Shown one piece after another: positions 1 to 8,806 of a stretch of 64,000 bases of DNA. Origin of the DNA: an uncultured Acidobacteriota bacterium (lineage in GTDB: Bacteria; Acidobacteriota; Terriglobia; Terriglobales; Acidobacteriaceae); contig CAWIZS010000009.1 of NCBI GenBank assembly GCA_963840655.1, positions 102,283-166,282 of the forward strand, in the 5' to 3' direction. The notes below the pieces were generated by a model, which did no database searches, was not told where the DNA came from, and saw only the letters and a list, made by a program, of their open reading frames with translations. The position numbers and the translations under genes were made by a program. How positions within the stretch are numbered: the stretch's first letter is position 1; every line of letters begins with the position of its first letter.

Positions 1-235
1 CGAAGGCCAGGGATTGCAGATGAATCCGAATCTGCAATTCATCGCACCGGCTGAAGAAGGCAAGCATGGCGCGCACCACAAGCAGGCATGGCAGCACCGG
101 CGCGAGCGCAACCGGAATGCGCCACCAGCCGAGATGGAACCTGGAAATGGCCCCGATCGAAACAGCCACAACCACGGCGTAGAGGCCCAGCGCAAGCAAG
201 GAATCTTTGCGATAGCTTTTGCAGGATTCGTCCAT
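1..235 (-). CDS. hypothetical membrane protein, N-terminal part (gene runs off the left edge)
   Basis: A minus-strand ATG at 235-233 opens a frame with no stop down to position 1. The translation MDESCKSYRKDSLLALGLYAVVVAVSIGAISRFHLGWWRIPVALAPVLPCLLVVRAML... shows two hydrophobic helices. It is absent from the ORF track, presumably because it is truncated. Confidence 0.35.
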   Translation of the reverse strand, partial: MDESCKSYRKDSLLALGLYAVVVAVSIGAISRFHLGWWRIPVALAPVLPCLLVVRAMLAFFSRCDELQIRIHLQSLAF

Positions 236-380
236 GACGTTAAGTCTCCTTTACATAAGCAAATGTAAAGGACGCTTAACACCGTGTCAAGAATTTTTTT
301 GGAAGGTGTCTGGCTCTGCTGACATGCTCGATTTCCGGGCGCGAGGTTAGCTCCGGACCGAGCGATTCGCGGCGCATACG

Positions 381-483
381 GCAAAGAGCAGGTCTCTCGA
401 CTTCGCTTCCACCCCAGCGACGAAGACCTGTCGCTGGGGGCCCCGGCTTCGCCCGCTCGGGATGACAAATCTATTTATGAGAT
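381..483 (+). repeat. dispersed intergenic repeat, copy A (long variant with internal hairpin 412-439)
   Basis: It shares the head ggcaaagagcaggtctctcgacttcgc and the tail cgctcgggatgacaaatctatttatgag with copies B-E. It carries an extra 10-bp inverted repeat, ccccagcgac/gtcgctgggg. Confidence 0.6.
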
Positions 484-704
484 AGCTTCCAGCGCAGGCC
501 ACCGCCGACAAACTGGACGATCTCCAGCTTATCGCCTTCTTTCAGCGCGGTTGTCTCCCAAGTGGATCGAGGAACAATTTCGCCACTGCGCTCCACGGCG
601 ATACGGTCCGGCTTCATCGAAAGCAGCGCGACCAGGCGGCTGAGTGAGGAATCGGAATTCAGTTCGGGAAATTGACGATCTTGCCCATTGATGCAGACTT
701 TCAT
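471..704 (-). CDS. thiS: ThiS/MoaD-like sulfur carrier protein with an 8-residue tail after the GG motif
   Basis: 77 aa. The beta-grasp-like sequence ...GDKLEIVQFVGGG is typical of a ThiS C-terminus, but the ORF continues LRWKLSHK before the stop. Confidence 0.75.
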   Translation of the reverse strand: MKVCINGQDRQFPELNSDSSLSRLVALLSMKPDRIAVERSGEIVPRSTWETTALKEGDKLEIVQFVGGGLRWKLSHK

Positions 705-752
705 TTTGCGCGGATATTCCTGTCGCAGCGACGCACGCGAACGAGGACTAGG

Positions 753-1169
753 TTACCACGGGGCAGATGCAAGACGCGGCTTGCGCCGGAACACAGAATT
801 CCAGACACGCAGGGTCCACGGTTCGGCGACCGGCAGAGACCATAGAATCTCCTGGCGCGCTGCGATCAACACCTGGAGCGCCTCGGTAAACGGGCCAGCG
901 GCATTGAGAATTTCCTCGTCCCCGCCGTCATAAAGATGGCAGTCGTTGAGATAGTCGACAGCGTGGCCGATCGTCTCCAGAGCTCGCCCTTGCTCCCGCG
1001 TGAGGATTCGGCGCATGGGTCGCCGAGCCGCCGGCGCAGCCACAGCGGCGTCGCTACCGGTTGCAGCGTTGCGCTGCGGAACGGTCGCGCTTGTCGAGGG
1101 GCGCTGCAATCCCGTTGCGGCTTGCACGCCGGTCTTCGAATGGCCTTCCAGTTTCGCACTCATCACCAT
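753..1169 (-). CDS. hypothetical protein (upstream of thiS, same strand)
   Basis: Start chosen at MVMSAKLEGH (ATG 1169) with GAGG 8 nt upstream; the longer ORF reaches 1274. I recognised no motifs. Confidence 0.4.
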   Translation of the reverse strand: MVMSAKLEGHSKTGVQAATGLQRPSTSATVPQRNAATGSDAAVAAPAARRPMRRILTREQGRALETIGHAVDYLNDCHLYDGGDEEILNAAGPFTEALQVLIAARQEILWSLPVAEPWTLRVWNSVFRRKPRLASAPW

Positions 1170-1378
1170 GGTAGGGGGACCTCTGCTATCTATAGTGATG
1201 AATCTCAGGGGGGCGTTGGTATCAGAAACGACCGCGGGGCTTTTCATTCGTATCAAAACGGGATGCCGTACCAATTCAGGAATTGGCGTGGTTACGAAAG
1301 TGCGAAAAAGATCGCGCGAAAAGTTGGCGAGGCTGCGATTTCAAAGCTATGCTTTTGGTCGAATTTCGAGCCGCGCCG

Positions 1379-1414
1379 TTCCTTCTCTGAATCCTTCTCT
1401 AAATCCTTCTCTGA
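1379..1414. repeat. 3 x 12-bp tandem repeat (ttccttctctga / atccttctctaa / atccttctctga) in the nuoA upstream region
   Basis: Read directly in the sequence at 1379-1414, about 190 nt upstream of the nuoA ATG. Confidence 0.75.
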
Positions 1415-1606
1415 ACCGCGCCGCTCCTCCGGCTCCGCCCGTTCTCTCCACGCATTGCAGCCAACGGCGCGCGAACACTCTTCATTTCGCGCAACTTGTT
1501 CTGTCCGTCCGACGGGGCGCCGCTTGACAGGCCTGCAATTGAATCTTAAAGTCGAGCTATAGGCGTCAACGGAGTATCGTTGTGCGCTGAGCGACTGCGG
1601 CCCCTC

Positions 1607-2014
1607 ATGCACACTCCCAACTATTTCTGGAACTGGCTCCCATTGCTGTTTCAAGTTCTGGCCGCGATCGGGTTGGCGGGAGGAATCGTACTTGCCTCGC
1701 GGCTGATCGGACGGCATCGCCCGGGAAAAATCAAACTCTCAACGTATGAGTGCGGCATCGTCCCCCAGGGAGATGCGCGCGGCCGCTTCTCCGTGCGCTT
1801 CTATATGGTCGCAATGCTGTTCATCCTTTTCGACGTGGAAGCCGTCTTTATGTTTCCCTGGGCGGTGATCTTCCGGAAATTGCCTGCGGTCACCGGCTCC
1901 CGCTTTTTCGGCTTCTGGGAGATCGTCGTCTATCTCGGCTTTGTGTTGGTCGGCTACTTCTACATCGTAAAGAAGGGCATTCTGGACTGGTCCAACGACA
2001 AGGCAGACCTGTAA
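1607..2014 (+). CDS. nuoA: NADH-quinone oxidoreductase subunit A
   Basis: MHTPNYFWNWLPLLF... with YECG and FDVE motifs and 3 TM helices. The ATG at 1607 was chosen inside the longer ORF 1580-2014. Confidence 0.9.
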   Translation: MHTPNYFWNWLPLLFQVLAAIGLAGGIVLASRLIGRHRPGKIKLSTYECGIVPQGDARGRFSVRFYMVAMLFILFDVEAVFMFPWAVIFRKLPAVTGSRFFGFWEIVVYLGFVLVGYFYIVKKGILDWSNDKADL

Positions 2015-2018
2015 CGGC

Positions 2019-2528
2019 ATGACATCTGTGACAGACGCAGGCGAAAGAAACGGCAAAGATGCAGTCCTCGCGGACCACTCCGCCAATCCGGCTGTCGCGG
2101 CGCTGACGCAAAAATTGCCCAACGCAATTCAGCAGGCAAAATTCGACCGCAACGAACTTACCCTGACGCTGGCGCGCGAGAACATTGTTCAGGGATGCCG
2201 CACGGTACAGTACGCCGGCTTTAATTTTCTTGCCGATGTCACTTGCGTCGACTGGTATCCCAACCAGCCGCGCTTCCAGATCGTCTATCACCTGCTTTCC
2301 CTCTCTTTGAAGCAGCGCATTCGACTGTGCGTTCTGGCTGGCGAAGGCGATCCTTCGGTCGATAGCATCACCTCTGTCTGGCCGGCGGCGAATTTTTTCG
2401 AGCGCGAGATCTTCGACCTGTTCGGCGTGCGTTTTGGCGGCCATCCCAATCTGCGGCGCATCCTAATGCCAGACGACTTTCAGGGAAATCCGCTGCGTAA
2501 AGACTTTCCTGTGGAGGGCTATCGCTGA
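2019..2528 (+). CDS. nuoC: NADH-quinone oxidoreductase subunit C
   Basis: The 30-kDa subunit signature ...WPAANFFEREIFDLFGVRFGGHPNLRRILMPDDF... is present. It starts 4 nt after the nuoA stop, so there is no room for nuoB. Confidence 0.9.
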   Translation: MTSVTDAGERNGKDAVLADHSANPAVAALTQKLPNAIQQAKFDRNELTLTLARENIVQGCRTVQYAGFNFLADVTCVDWYPNQPRFQIVYHLLSLSLKQRIRLCVLAGEGDPSVDSITSVWPAANFFEREIFDLFGVRFGGHPNLRRILMPDDFQGNPLRKDFPVEGYR

Positions 2529-3746
2529 TGCCCGAAACCCCCGTCATTCTCGACGCACCGACAATGGTAGAAGCCGATCAGGACCGCACCATGATCCTGA
2601 ACATGGGCCCGCAGCATCCGTCGACCCACGGCGTGCTGCGCCTGGTGCTGGAGATCGATGGCGAAGTGGTGGTTCGCGTCGCGCCGGACATCGGCTATCT
2701 GCACACTGGAATCGAAAAGACCTGCGAGGCCAAGTTTTATCAGCAGGTGGTGCCGCTCACTGACCGCATCGATTATCTCAGCCCGATGCACAATAATCTC
2801 TGTTACTGCCTAGCGGTCGAAAAGCTGCTTGGCCTGGAAGTTCCCGAACGCGCGGTGTGGCTGCGCGTGCTGCTCAGTGAGTTGACGCGGCTGAATTCCC
2901 ATCTTGTCTGGCTGGGCACGCATGCCATGGACTTAGGGGGGTTGACCGTCTTTCTCTATTGTTTCCGTGAGCGCGAGGAGATTCTGCGCATCTTCGATGA
3001 CATCTCCGGCCAGCGGATGATGACCTCTTATTTCCGCATTGGCGGGTTGGCGCTGGAGCCGCCGCTTGACTTTGAACCTCGCGTGCGCGCGTTTCTGAAG
3101 AGCTTGCCCGAGAAGATCGACGAGTACGAAAATCTGCTGACCGGCAATCCAATTTTCATCAACCGCACCAAAGGCGTCGGATTGTTGAGCGCCGATGATG
3201 CGATCGCGCTCGGCGTGACCGGGCCGCCGCTGCGCGCCAGCGGCGTGGACTGGGACCTGCGCCGCGACATGCCCTATTCCGGCTACGAGAAATTTCAGTT
3301 CAACGTGCCGGTATCAAACGACTGCGACGTATGGGCGCGCTACGTGCTCCGGGTGCAGGAGATGCGCGAGTCGGTCAAAATCGCCACGCAGGCGCTCGAT
3401 GGATTGCCGGGCGGGCGCATCACGGCCGATGCGCCGAAGATCGTTCTTCCCGACCGCGAAGCCATGAAGACGCAAATGGAAGCGCTGATCCATCATTTCA
3501 AAATCGTCACCGAAGGGTTCGCCGGTGCCGGCCGGCGAAGTCTATCAGGCAATCGAATCTTCGCGCGGCGAAATGGGCTATTACGTCGTCAGCGACGGGA
3601 CGGCGAAACCGTATCGCGTGCACATGCGCAACCCAACCTTCGCGACTCTGCAGGCGATCGAAAAAATGTGCGTCGGACGTTTGATCGCCGATGTGGTCGC
3701 CGCCATCGGCTCCATTGACATTGTGCTTGGGGAAATCGACCGATGA
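2528..3746 (+). pseudogene. nuoD: NADH-quinone oxidoreductase subunit D, interrupted as assembled by a 1-nt insertion at about 3524
   Basis: ORF 2528-3718 reads NMGPQHPSTHGVLRL... up to ..HHFKIVTEGFA and then turns R-rich nonsense. The authentic C-terminus VPAGEVYQAIESSRGEMGYYV...GSIDIVLGEIDR is in the +1 frame (ORF 3525-3746). Removing one g in gcc-g-gtg restores the frame. Confidence 0.9.
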
Positions 3747-4118
3747 GCGCAACTGCCCCTATGCCAACCCATGCTCACGCATCGACAGCATTGTCCAGGG
3801 AATTGTGGATTTCGCTCGCTTCCCTGCTGCGTTCGCATGTGGCGATGCATTCCATCGCGCGGCCGGCCGCTGCCCATGCGGATTGCCGCCGACTCGCATT
3901 CCGCGACGTTGCTCGGCTCCAGAGGAAAGCTGATCGTTCTCGGCCCGGATGCCTCGGGCAAAGGCTCGACAGAATTTCGCCCGGAAGCCGGCGAACTCGG
4001 CGACGAATACTGCACTTTTTTCTTTACGGAAGACGGATTGGTCTATATCGAGAACTCCGAGACCGCGCTGGACATGGAATCCGCCGTCGAGCATTGGCTG
4101 CGCCAGGTGCAGCTATGA
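3743..4118 (+). CDS. unknown small protein between nuoD and nuoE (start frame and end frame differ; possible 1-nt insertion near 3870, or an internal start at ATG 3876)
   Basis: The ATG at 3743 overlaps the nuoD stop (ATGA) and the stop at 4116-4118 overlaps the nuoE ATG (ATGA). The 3' part ..LLGSRGKLIVLGPDASGKGSTEFRPEAGELGDEYCTFFFTEDGLVYIENSETALDMESAVEHWLRQVQL looks protein-like. I did not recognise a family. Confidence 0.4.
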
Positions 4119-4639
4119 ACCTTACGAACATCGCCGTGAATCCGCAACCACGCCCGACCATTTTTTCGCCGGAGTTGGCCGCGCGTTTTGACAAGCTCGT
4201 CACACTCTATCCCGTTCGCCGTTCCGCGCTCGTTCCCATGCTGCTCTACGCGCAGGACGAGATCGGATATCTCTCCGATGCGGCCATTGCGGAAATCGCG
4301 TGGCGGCTCGAAATCACGGAGCTCGACGTCCGCAATGTACTGACCTACTACTCCATGTTGCGCACAAAGCCGATCGGTAAATTCAACGTGCAGGTCTGCA
4401 CCAACATCAGTTGCATGTTGCGTGGCGGCAAGGAGTTGTTTGAGCATTGCGAACGCCGCCTCGGCATCGGCCACAAACAAACAACGCCGGATGGCATGTT
4501 TACGCTCGAGGAAGTGGAATGCATCGGCGCATGCAGTTGGGCGCCCGCCGTGCAGGTCAACTACGACTTCCACGAAAATCTAACGCCGGAATCCATGGAC
4601 GCAGTACTGGAACAATATCGCAGCAAGGGCGGTAAATAG
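4115..4639 (+). CDS. nuoE: NADH-quinone oxidoreductase subunit E (24-kDa, 2Fe-2S)
   Basis: MNLTNIAV... with Cys ligands VCTNISCMLRG and ECIGACSWAP, which is a thioredoxin-like 2Fe-2S pattern. Confidence 0.9.
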   Translation: MNLTNIAVNPQPRPTIFSPELAARFDKLVTLYPVRRSALVPMLLYAQDEIGYLSDAAIAEIAWRLEITELDVRNVLTYYSMLRTKPIGKFNVQVCTNISCMLRGGKELFEHCERRLGIGHKQTTPDGMFTLEEVECIGACSWAPAVQVNYDFHENLTPESMDAVLEQYRSKGGK

Positions 4640-4640
4640 A

Positions 4641-5951
4641 ATGCCCACGCTTGTCTCCCATCCCGAGGAAGTCCGCATTGTCAGCAGCCGCTTCGGCCAG
4701 GGCGCGACGGAGATCGACCGGTATATCGAGTTGGGCGGCTACCAGTCCGTGCGCCAGGCGATCGAGCAGGGGCCGGAGTGGATCATCGCGCAGATGAAGG
4801 CTTCCAACCTGCGCGGGCGTGGAGGCGCGGGATTCCCGACCGGATTGAAATGGTCGTTTGTTCCGAAAAATGACAAGGCCAAATATGTCCTGGTAAACGG
4901 CGATGAAAGCGAGCCGGGCACCTGCAAGGATCACTTGATCTTTCTTCACGATCCTCATGCAGTAATTGAAGGTACGATCATCGCCGGCTTGGCTATTGGC
5001 GCGAAAATGGGCTTCATCTATTTGCGTGGCGAGTATCGATATTTGCTCACGATCACGGAAAAGGCCATTGCCGATGCATACGCGAAGGGATTTCTCGGCA
5101 AAGGAATCTTCGGCTCGCAGTTCGATTTCGAAGTCGTCTCGCAGACGGGCGCGGGCGCGTATGAAGTCGGTGAAGAGTCGGCGCTGATGGAATCGCTCGA
5201 AGGCAAGCGCGGCATTCCGCGCATTAAACCGCCCTTCCCCGCGGTCGTCGGCCTCTACGGCGGTCCGACGGTCATTAACAACGCGGAGACCATTGCGACG
5301 GTGCCGCACATCCTGCGCATGGGCGCGGAGGCCTACGCCAAAGTCGGCTCGGAGCGCAACGGCGGCACGCGGCTGTTCTGCGTCAGCGGCCATGCCGAGC
5401 GCAACGGCGTCTACGAGTTGCCGATGGGCTACAACCTGAAGAAGCTGATCTATGAAGTCGCAGGCGGCATTCGCGGTGGACGGCAATTGAAGGCGGTCGT
5501 TCCGGGCGGCTCATCGACACCGGTGCTGCTGCCGAGCGAGATCGATATTGGCCTTGATTTCGATCAGGTGGGCAAAGCAGGCAGCATGTTGGGTTCGGGC
5601 GGCGTCGTCGTGCTCGACGACACCGTCTGCATGGTCGAATTTGCTCTACGGACCATCCAGTTCTATCAGCATGAAAGCTGCGGCTGGTGCATCCCCTGCC
5701 GTGAGGGCACGGACTGGCTGAAGAAGACGCTGACTCGGTTCCATGCCGGAGCGGGCGAAGTGAAGGACATCGACAACATCCGCTATTTGTCCGAGAACAT
5801 GCTGGGCCGGACGTTCTGCCCGCTTGGCGATGCGGCGGCTATGCCGACGATTGCATTTGTAGATAAATTTCGGCAGGAATTTGAAGACCATTTAGACGGC
5901 AAGCCTTGTCCTTTTGCGAGGCAGACTGCAGGCGAATTGGTTGGCGTGTGA
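4641..5951 (+). CDS. nuoF: NADH-quinone oxidoreductase subunit F (FMN/NADH-binding, 4Fe-4S)
   Basis: GRGGAGFPTGLKW, GDESEPGT and ESCGWCIPCREG motifs; 436 aa. Confidence 0.95.
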   Translation: MPTLVSHPEEVRIVSSRFGQGATEIDRYIELGGYQSVRQAIEQGPEWIIAQMKASNLRGRGGAGFPTGLKWSFVPKNDKAKYVLVNGDESEPGTCKDHLIFLHDPHAVIEGTIIAGLAIGAKMGFIYLRGEYRYLLTITEKAIADAYAKGFLGKGIFGSQFDFEVVSQTGAGAYEVGEESALMESLEGKRGIPRIKPPFPAVVGLYGGPTVINNAETIATVPHILRMGAEAYAKVGSERNGGTRLFCVSGHAERNGVYELPMGYNLKKLIYEVAGGIRGGRQLKAVVPGGSSTPVLLPSEIDIGLDFDQVGKAGSMLGSGGVVVLDDTVCMVEFALRTIQFYQHESCGWCIPCREGTDWLKKTLTRFHAGAGEVKDIDNIRYLSENMLGRTFCPLGDAAAMPTIAFVDKFRQEFEDHLDGKPCPFARQTAGELVGV

Positions 5952-6133
5952 AAGTTCGGGATTTGATTTTATTGATCGAGGCGGATGGCTGGCGGCTCGA
6001 TACGACGCGAGGAAGTCACAGGCAATTTGAGCATCCAGTAAAGCGTGGCAAGGTCACTGTCGCGGGGCAACCAGGCAAAGATGTTCCGGTCGGCACACTT
6101 CGCAGTATCCTAAAGCAGGCAGGTTTGAGATGA
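5948..6133 (+). CDS. hicA: HicA-family mRNA interferase toxin
   Basis: About 61 aa from the GTG at 5948, which overlaps the nuoF stop as GTGA. It reads VKVRDLILLIEADGWRLDTTRGSHRQFEHP..., with the GSH motif and the size typical of HicA. Confidence 0.8.
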   Translation: MKVRDLILLIEADGWRLDTTRGSHRQFEHPVKRGKVTVAGQPGKDVPVGTLRSILKQAGLR

Positions 6134-6351
6134 GCAAATACATTGTGATCTACGAACGCTCGGCGACCGGATGGGGAGCTTATGTTCCCGATTTGCCGGG
6201 CCTAGGCGTCGTCGGGGATACGCTGGAAGAGACGAAACAGTTGATCCGCGAAGGAATCGATTTTCACATCGAAGGCCTGCGCAAAGACGGAGATCCCGTC
6301 CCGCCTCCATCGACTTTCATTGAAGAAGTGGAAGTGAAAATTCCGGCTTGA
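6130..6351 (+). CDS. hicB: HicB-family antitoxin (short form, no obvious DNA-binding domain)
   Basis: MSKYIVIYERSATGWGAYVPDLPGLGVVGDTLEETKQLIREGIDFHIEGL... is a UPF0150/HicB N-domain pattern. Its ATG overlaps the hicA stop (ATGA). Confidence 0.8.
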   Translation: MSKYIVIYERSATGWGAYVPDLPGLGVVGDTLEETKQLIREGIDFHIEGLRKDGDPVPPPSTFIEEVEVKIPA

Positions 6352-6411
6352 TCTCGGGTGGTTCGCTCCATCAAAGCCCTCCACACCATCTGCATCGAAA
6401 GTTTTAACTTC

Positions 6412-8762
6412 ATGGCTGATGTAACCCTTACTGTTGACGGCAAAAAGATCACCGCACCGGCGGGCACGCTGCTGATTGAAGCGTGCCGCAAGGTCGGCAT
6501 CGAAGTCCCCGCGTTCTGCTACTATCCTGGTCTGTCGTTACAGGCTGCCTGCCGCATGTGCCTGGTGCGCATTGAAAAAATGCCGAAGCTGCAAACCTCC
6601 TGCACCACGCCGGTTGGCGAAGGCATGATCGTTTCGACCGAAACCGACGAGATCAAGCAAGCGCGCAAATCCATGCTGGAGCTGCTGCTGGCGAACCATC
6701 CCCTCGATTGCCCGGTGTGCGATAAGGGCGGTGAGTGCGAACTACAGGACATGACCTTCAAATATGGCGCAGGAGGTTCGCAATTCGTCGAAATCAAGAA
6801 CCACCGCGACGAGCAGCAATGGTCGCCGGTCGTCTTTTTCGATCGCCCGCGCTGCATCCTGTGCTATCGCTGCGTACGCGTATGCAATGAAGGCATGGAC
6901 GTTGCCGCGCTCGGCATTCAGCAGCGCAACGTAGGCTCGGTGATCGCGCCCAACGATCAAAACTCTCTGGATTGCGAACAGTGCGGCATGTGCATCGACA
7001 TCTGCCCGGTGGGCGCGCTCACCTCCGACACCTATCGCTACAAGACCCGCCCCTGGGAGATGAACCATGTGGGCACCATCTGCACCCATTGCGGCGACGG
7101 CTGCAAAACTACCCTGGGCGTGCGCCGCAGTGAGGACGGAATGCAAGTCGTCCGCGGCGACAACCGGGACGCGAGCGGACTGAACGGCGAATTTCTGTGC
7201 ATCAAGGGCCGATATGCGTTCGACTTTGCCGACAGCCCTGCCCGCGTGACGCAGCCGCTGGTGCGCCAGGCCAATGGCGAATTGGCTCCCGTCACCTGGG
7301 AGGATGCCATCGCTTTGGTGGCGAAGAATTTTCGCGAAATTCGCGCAGAGCTCGGCGGCGGCGGCATCGGCGTCATTGGATCCACGCGCATCACCAATGA
7401 AGAAGCTTACCTGCTGCAGAAGTTCGCGCGCGGCACGCTGGGCACGAACAACATCGACCATCACCGCACGACGGATTACGTGAGCTTCGCCCGCGCGCTG
7501 GCCGGACACGCAAATCGCTTCGCCAGCATTGGCGACGCGCTGACGGCGCCCGCGATTTTGCTCGTCGGGAACGATCCCACCAATCAGCACCCGATGCTGG
7601 CCTGGAACCTGCGTACGAATGTGCGGCACAACAAGACGCGCATTTATATCGCGAATCATCGCGAGATCAAGCTTCGGCATCAGGCAAAAAGTTTCCTCCA
7701 CATTCCGGCCAATGACTACGCAGGCTTCGCCCGCTTTCTTGCCGGCGAAACCGAAGCGCGCTTCGGCGAAGACGCAATTGCGTTACGAGACGCGCTCCGC
7801 CAGGAACCGAATCTGCTCATCGTCTTTGGCGCGGAACTGCGTGGCGACGCAATCGATGCGCTGGTCAAATTCGGCCTTTCGCTGCCCGATACAAAATTTG
7901 GCTGCCTCGGCGACTACGTCAATTCACGCGGCGCTTCCGATATGGGCCTCTATCCGGATCTATTTCCCGGCTACCAGCCAGTCCACGACGCAAATCCCAT
8001 GCGCGCGGAGTACGGCGAACGCTTCCCCGCCAAACCTGGCATGGATATGCAACAGATGATCGAGGCCGCAGACCGTAGCCGACTGGCCGCCCTTTATGTC
8101 GTCGGAGACGATCCGGTGGAGCGGCTTGGCCTTCCCGCGCAGACTTTCCGCGAAACTTTCCTCGTCGTGCAGGACATGTTTCTGACTCCGACTGCGAAAC
8201 TCGCCGATGTGGTCCTCCCGACTGCGAGTCTCTACGAGAAATCGGGCACAGTCACCAATACGTTCGGCGATCTGCAGACTGGTGAAAAAGGCCGCCGACC
8301 GCGCGGGCGTGCGCACGCGACCTGGAGCTGATCGTGCGCATCGCCGATCAAATGGGTGAAAACATTCACACGCTGGTGCCGTTCGGCAAAGGCGTCCGTG
8401 CAGACATGGGTCAGTCGCGAGGAGCGCAGTCCGGCGAAGCCGACCGGCACAGCATCTGGCTTGCCGCGCACAACCTGGAACCGAAGCTCAGTCCCTTCGA
8501 TCCCAACGCTGTGCTCGATGAAATTCAGCGCCTGGTTCCCGGCTACGACTTTGATCGAATCGACCTGCTTTCGGGAACGAGCCAGCTAGTCCAGCCTGGA
8601 CTCGGCAACGCGACGCAGCCCTCCAGGATCACCGAGCGCGCGGACGGCGTGATGCCGGCGAACGATACGCTCTTCACCTCCGGCACATTGGGTCAATACA
8701 GCGAAAAGCTGATCGAAATAGAGCAATTTCAAGAGAAGAAAAGTTTGGTTGCGGCCGACTGA
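6412..8762 (+). pseudogene. nuoG: NADH-quinone oxidoreductase subunit G, interrupted as assembled by two 1-nt insertions (about 8278 and 8318)
   Basis: MADVTLTVDGKKI.. shows 2Fe-2S and 4Fe-4S Cys clusters plus a molybdopterin-like domain. ORF 6358-8331 ends in nonsense (TGEKGRRPRGRAHATWS) and ORF 8334-8762 continues RIADQMG... The middle frame reads LVKKAADRAGVRT, which joins the two as ..FGDLQ-LVKKAADRAGVRT-DLELIVRIADQMG. Confidence 0.9.
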
Positions 8763-8806
8763 TTTTTCCAGCGCAAGATTTTCGTAGTGGAAGCGCCGCG
8801 CTGAGA

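Noticed and set aside
705-1300. Possible TPP (THI-box) riboswitch upstream of thiS or its upstream ORF
   Set aside because: A CTGAGA hexamer exists on the minus strand near 1200. However, the flanking elements of the THI-box (GGGG.GC before it, ACCTGATC..GG.TAATACC..GCG.AGGGA after it) are absent or in the wrong order.
1379-1414. CRISPR-like array
   Set aside because: Only three directly abutting 12-bp units are present, with no spacers and no cas genes in the window. It is a simple tandem repeat.
936-1562. Overlapping plus-strand ORFs (208 and 175 aa) upstream of nuoA
   Set aside because: They overlap the better-supported minus-strand ORF 753-1169 and run through the tandem repeat and the leader. 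They are R/S/A-rich with no motifs. The region 1275-1606 is treated as non-coding leader.
3518-3530. Programmed ribosomal frameshift in nuoD (and nuoG)
   Set aside because: There is no X-XXY-YYZ slippery heptamer and no downstream stimulatory structure at any junction. Complex I subunits are not known to use recoding, so an indel is the simpler explanation.
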